From Lophium mytilinum (Eukaryota): a DNA stretch of 64,000 nt. The notes beneath the pieces were generated by a model. It did not search any database. It was not told the DNA's origin and worked only from the letters and a program-made list of their open reading frames with translations. The position numbers were made by a program, and so were the translations under genes. Shown piece after piece: positions 63,089-64,000 of this stretch (the stretch's first letter is position 1; each line of letters opens with the position of its first letter). The stretch lies in NCBI GenBank assembly GCA_010093605.1, contig MU004184.1, positions 2,118,801-2,182,800 on the forward strand, written 5' to 3'.

Positions 63089-64000
63089 GGCGATGGGATT
63101 GAGGCTTCGGAGGTGCCTCGATTCGCCACGACATTGGCGGTGTTCGAAGACATCACGTGGAGATAAGATCGGGAAGATCCCGCTAAGCCTACTGTGTGGA
63201 GCACTATAATGATCACTTTGCTATGGCATAAAACCTACTAAACTAGCTTATACTTAGGTCCAAGCAGACGCATGTTCAAGAACGACGCTTGGGTTTAGCC
63301 GCTGTAGAGTTCGTACTAAGAGCAGGCGATGACAATGTGAACCGTTTGGACTGCTAGTGGGCACGGGAATGTAAACATTGCGTGATCGCATAATTAATCA
63401 CAGTGGATTTTCGATCCGAAGCGGGCAAAAACAGTGTGCGGTAGTTTGAATTCGTTCTCTGCCAGCTGGGGACGAGAGCATGGGGTTCGGCCCGTACGAT
63501 AGATACATATGAATCACGTCATTTAAACAGCTTCAACGTATTTTTCCATTGTCTCGCGAATGATAATTTTTTCGGCATAGTGTTATTGGTAGCTCTCAGT
63601 CCACTCTTCTTAAGTTGCTCATCACGAAGTAGAAATTGTGTTAAGAGGTTCGTATATACATTCGTCGATGTATGAGCACAAGGACTCGAACTGACATGGA
63701 CGGTTACGGCCCTTGAGACAGGACTTCAACATGTAGACTGAACGAATCCAGACCTACCACCTTTATTGCCTTTTGAGAGATCTTCTCCATTTCGAGCCCT
63801 TGGAAAATCTCGACTCAACACTATACCTAATAATTTTGTTCTGCGGCACATGTCAGAATCAGTCGTCCGAGATCAAGCCATACACTTACGATTGTTCCAG
63901 TACAGCGTGTCTAAAAAGCACGTAAGGTCAGCCAAGTCGATATTGAATCAATGATCTGTCAGATCTTACCATGTTGGACCTCGGGACCAGTAGCTCCTAG

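Noticed and set aside
1..64000. CRISPR arrays, rRNA, intact transposases or retroelements
   Set aside because: None seen. The sequence is eukaryotic, with no RT/integrase/DDE ORFs and no regularly spaced short repeats.

Overview
Gene-dense, intron-containing DNA from a filamentous ascomycete (Pezizomycotina-type GT/GC-AG introns with CTRAC/CTRAY branch sites). About 20 protein-coding genes can be read: malate synthase with a PTS1, a PDR-type ABC transporter, proteasome beta subunits PRE4 and PRE7 flanking an HCNGP/SAP30BP-like gene, a DUF2235 protein, a PpoC-like dioxygenase-P450 fusion, a SnoaL-like protein, an MFS/ACS permease, a C2-domain protein, an F-box-like/UBA protein, MRS2/LPE10, a TRM140-type methyltransferase, gamma-glutamyltranspeptidase, ATP11 and several hypotheticals. 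The standout is at 16402-16647 (+). It is a complete initiator tRNA-Met gene broken into five exons by three spliceosomal-type introns (one GC-AG, two GT-AG, each with a branch site) plus one canonical 37/38 tRNA intron. Removing all four gives a perfectly paired 72-nt cloverleaf with all eukaryotic initiator signatures, and the Pol III A box, B box and oligo-T terminator are still intact in the DNA. Also seen: a candidate structured Pol III-type ncRNA at about 249-434 (-), a degenerate palindromic MITE-like family with about 8 copies (mostly in unusually long introns), and a few tandem duplications. Exon boundaries were read by eye and may be off by a few nt.
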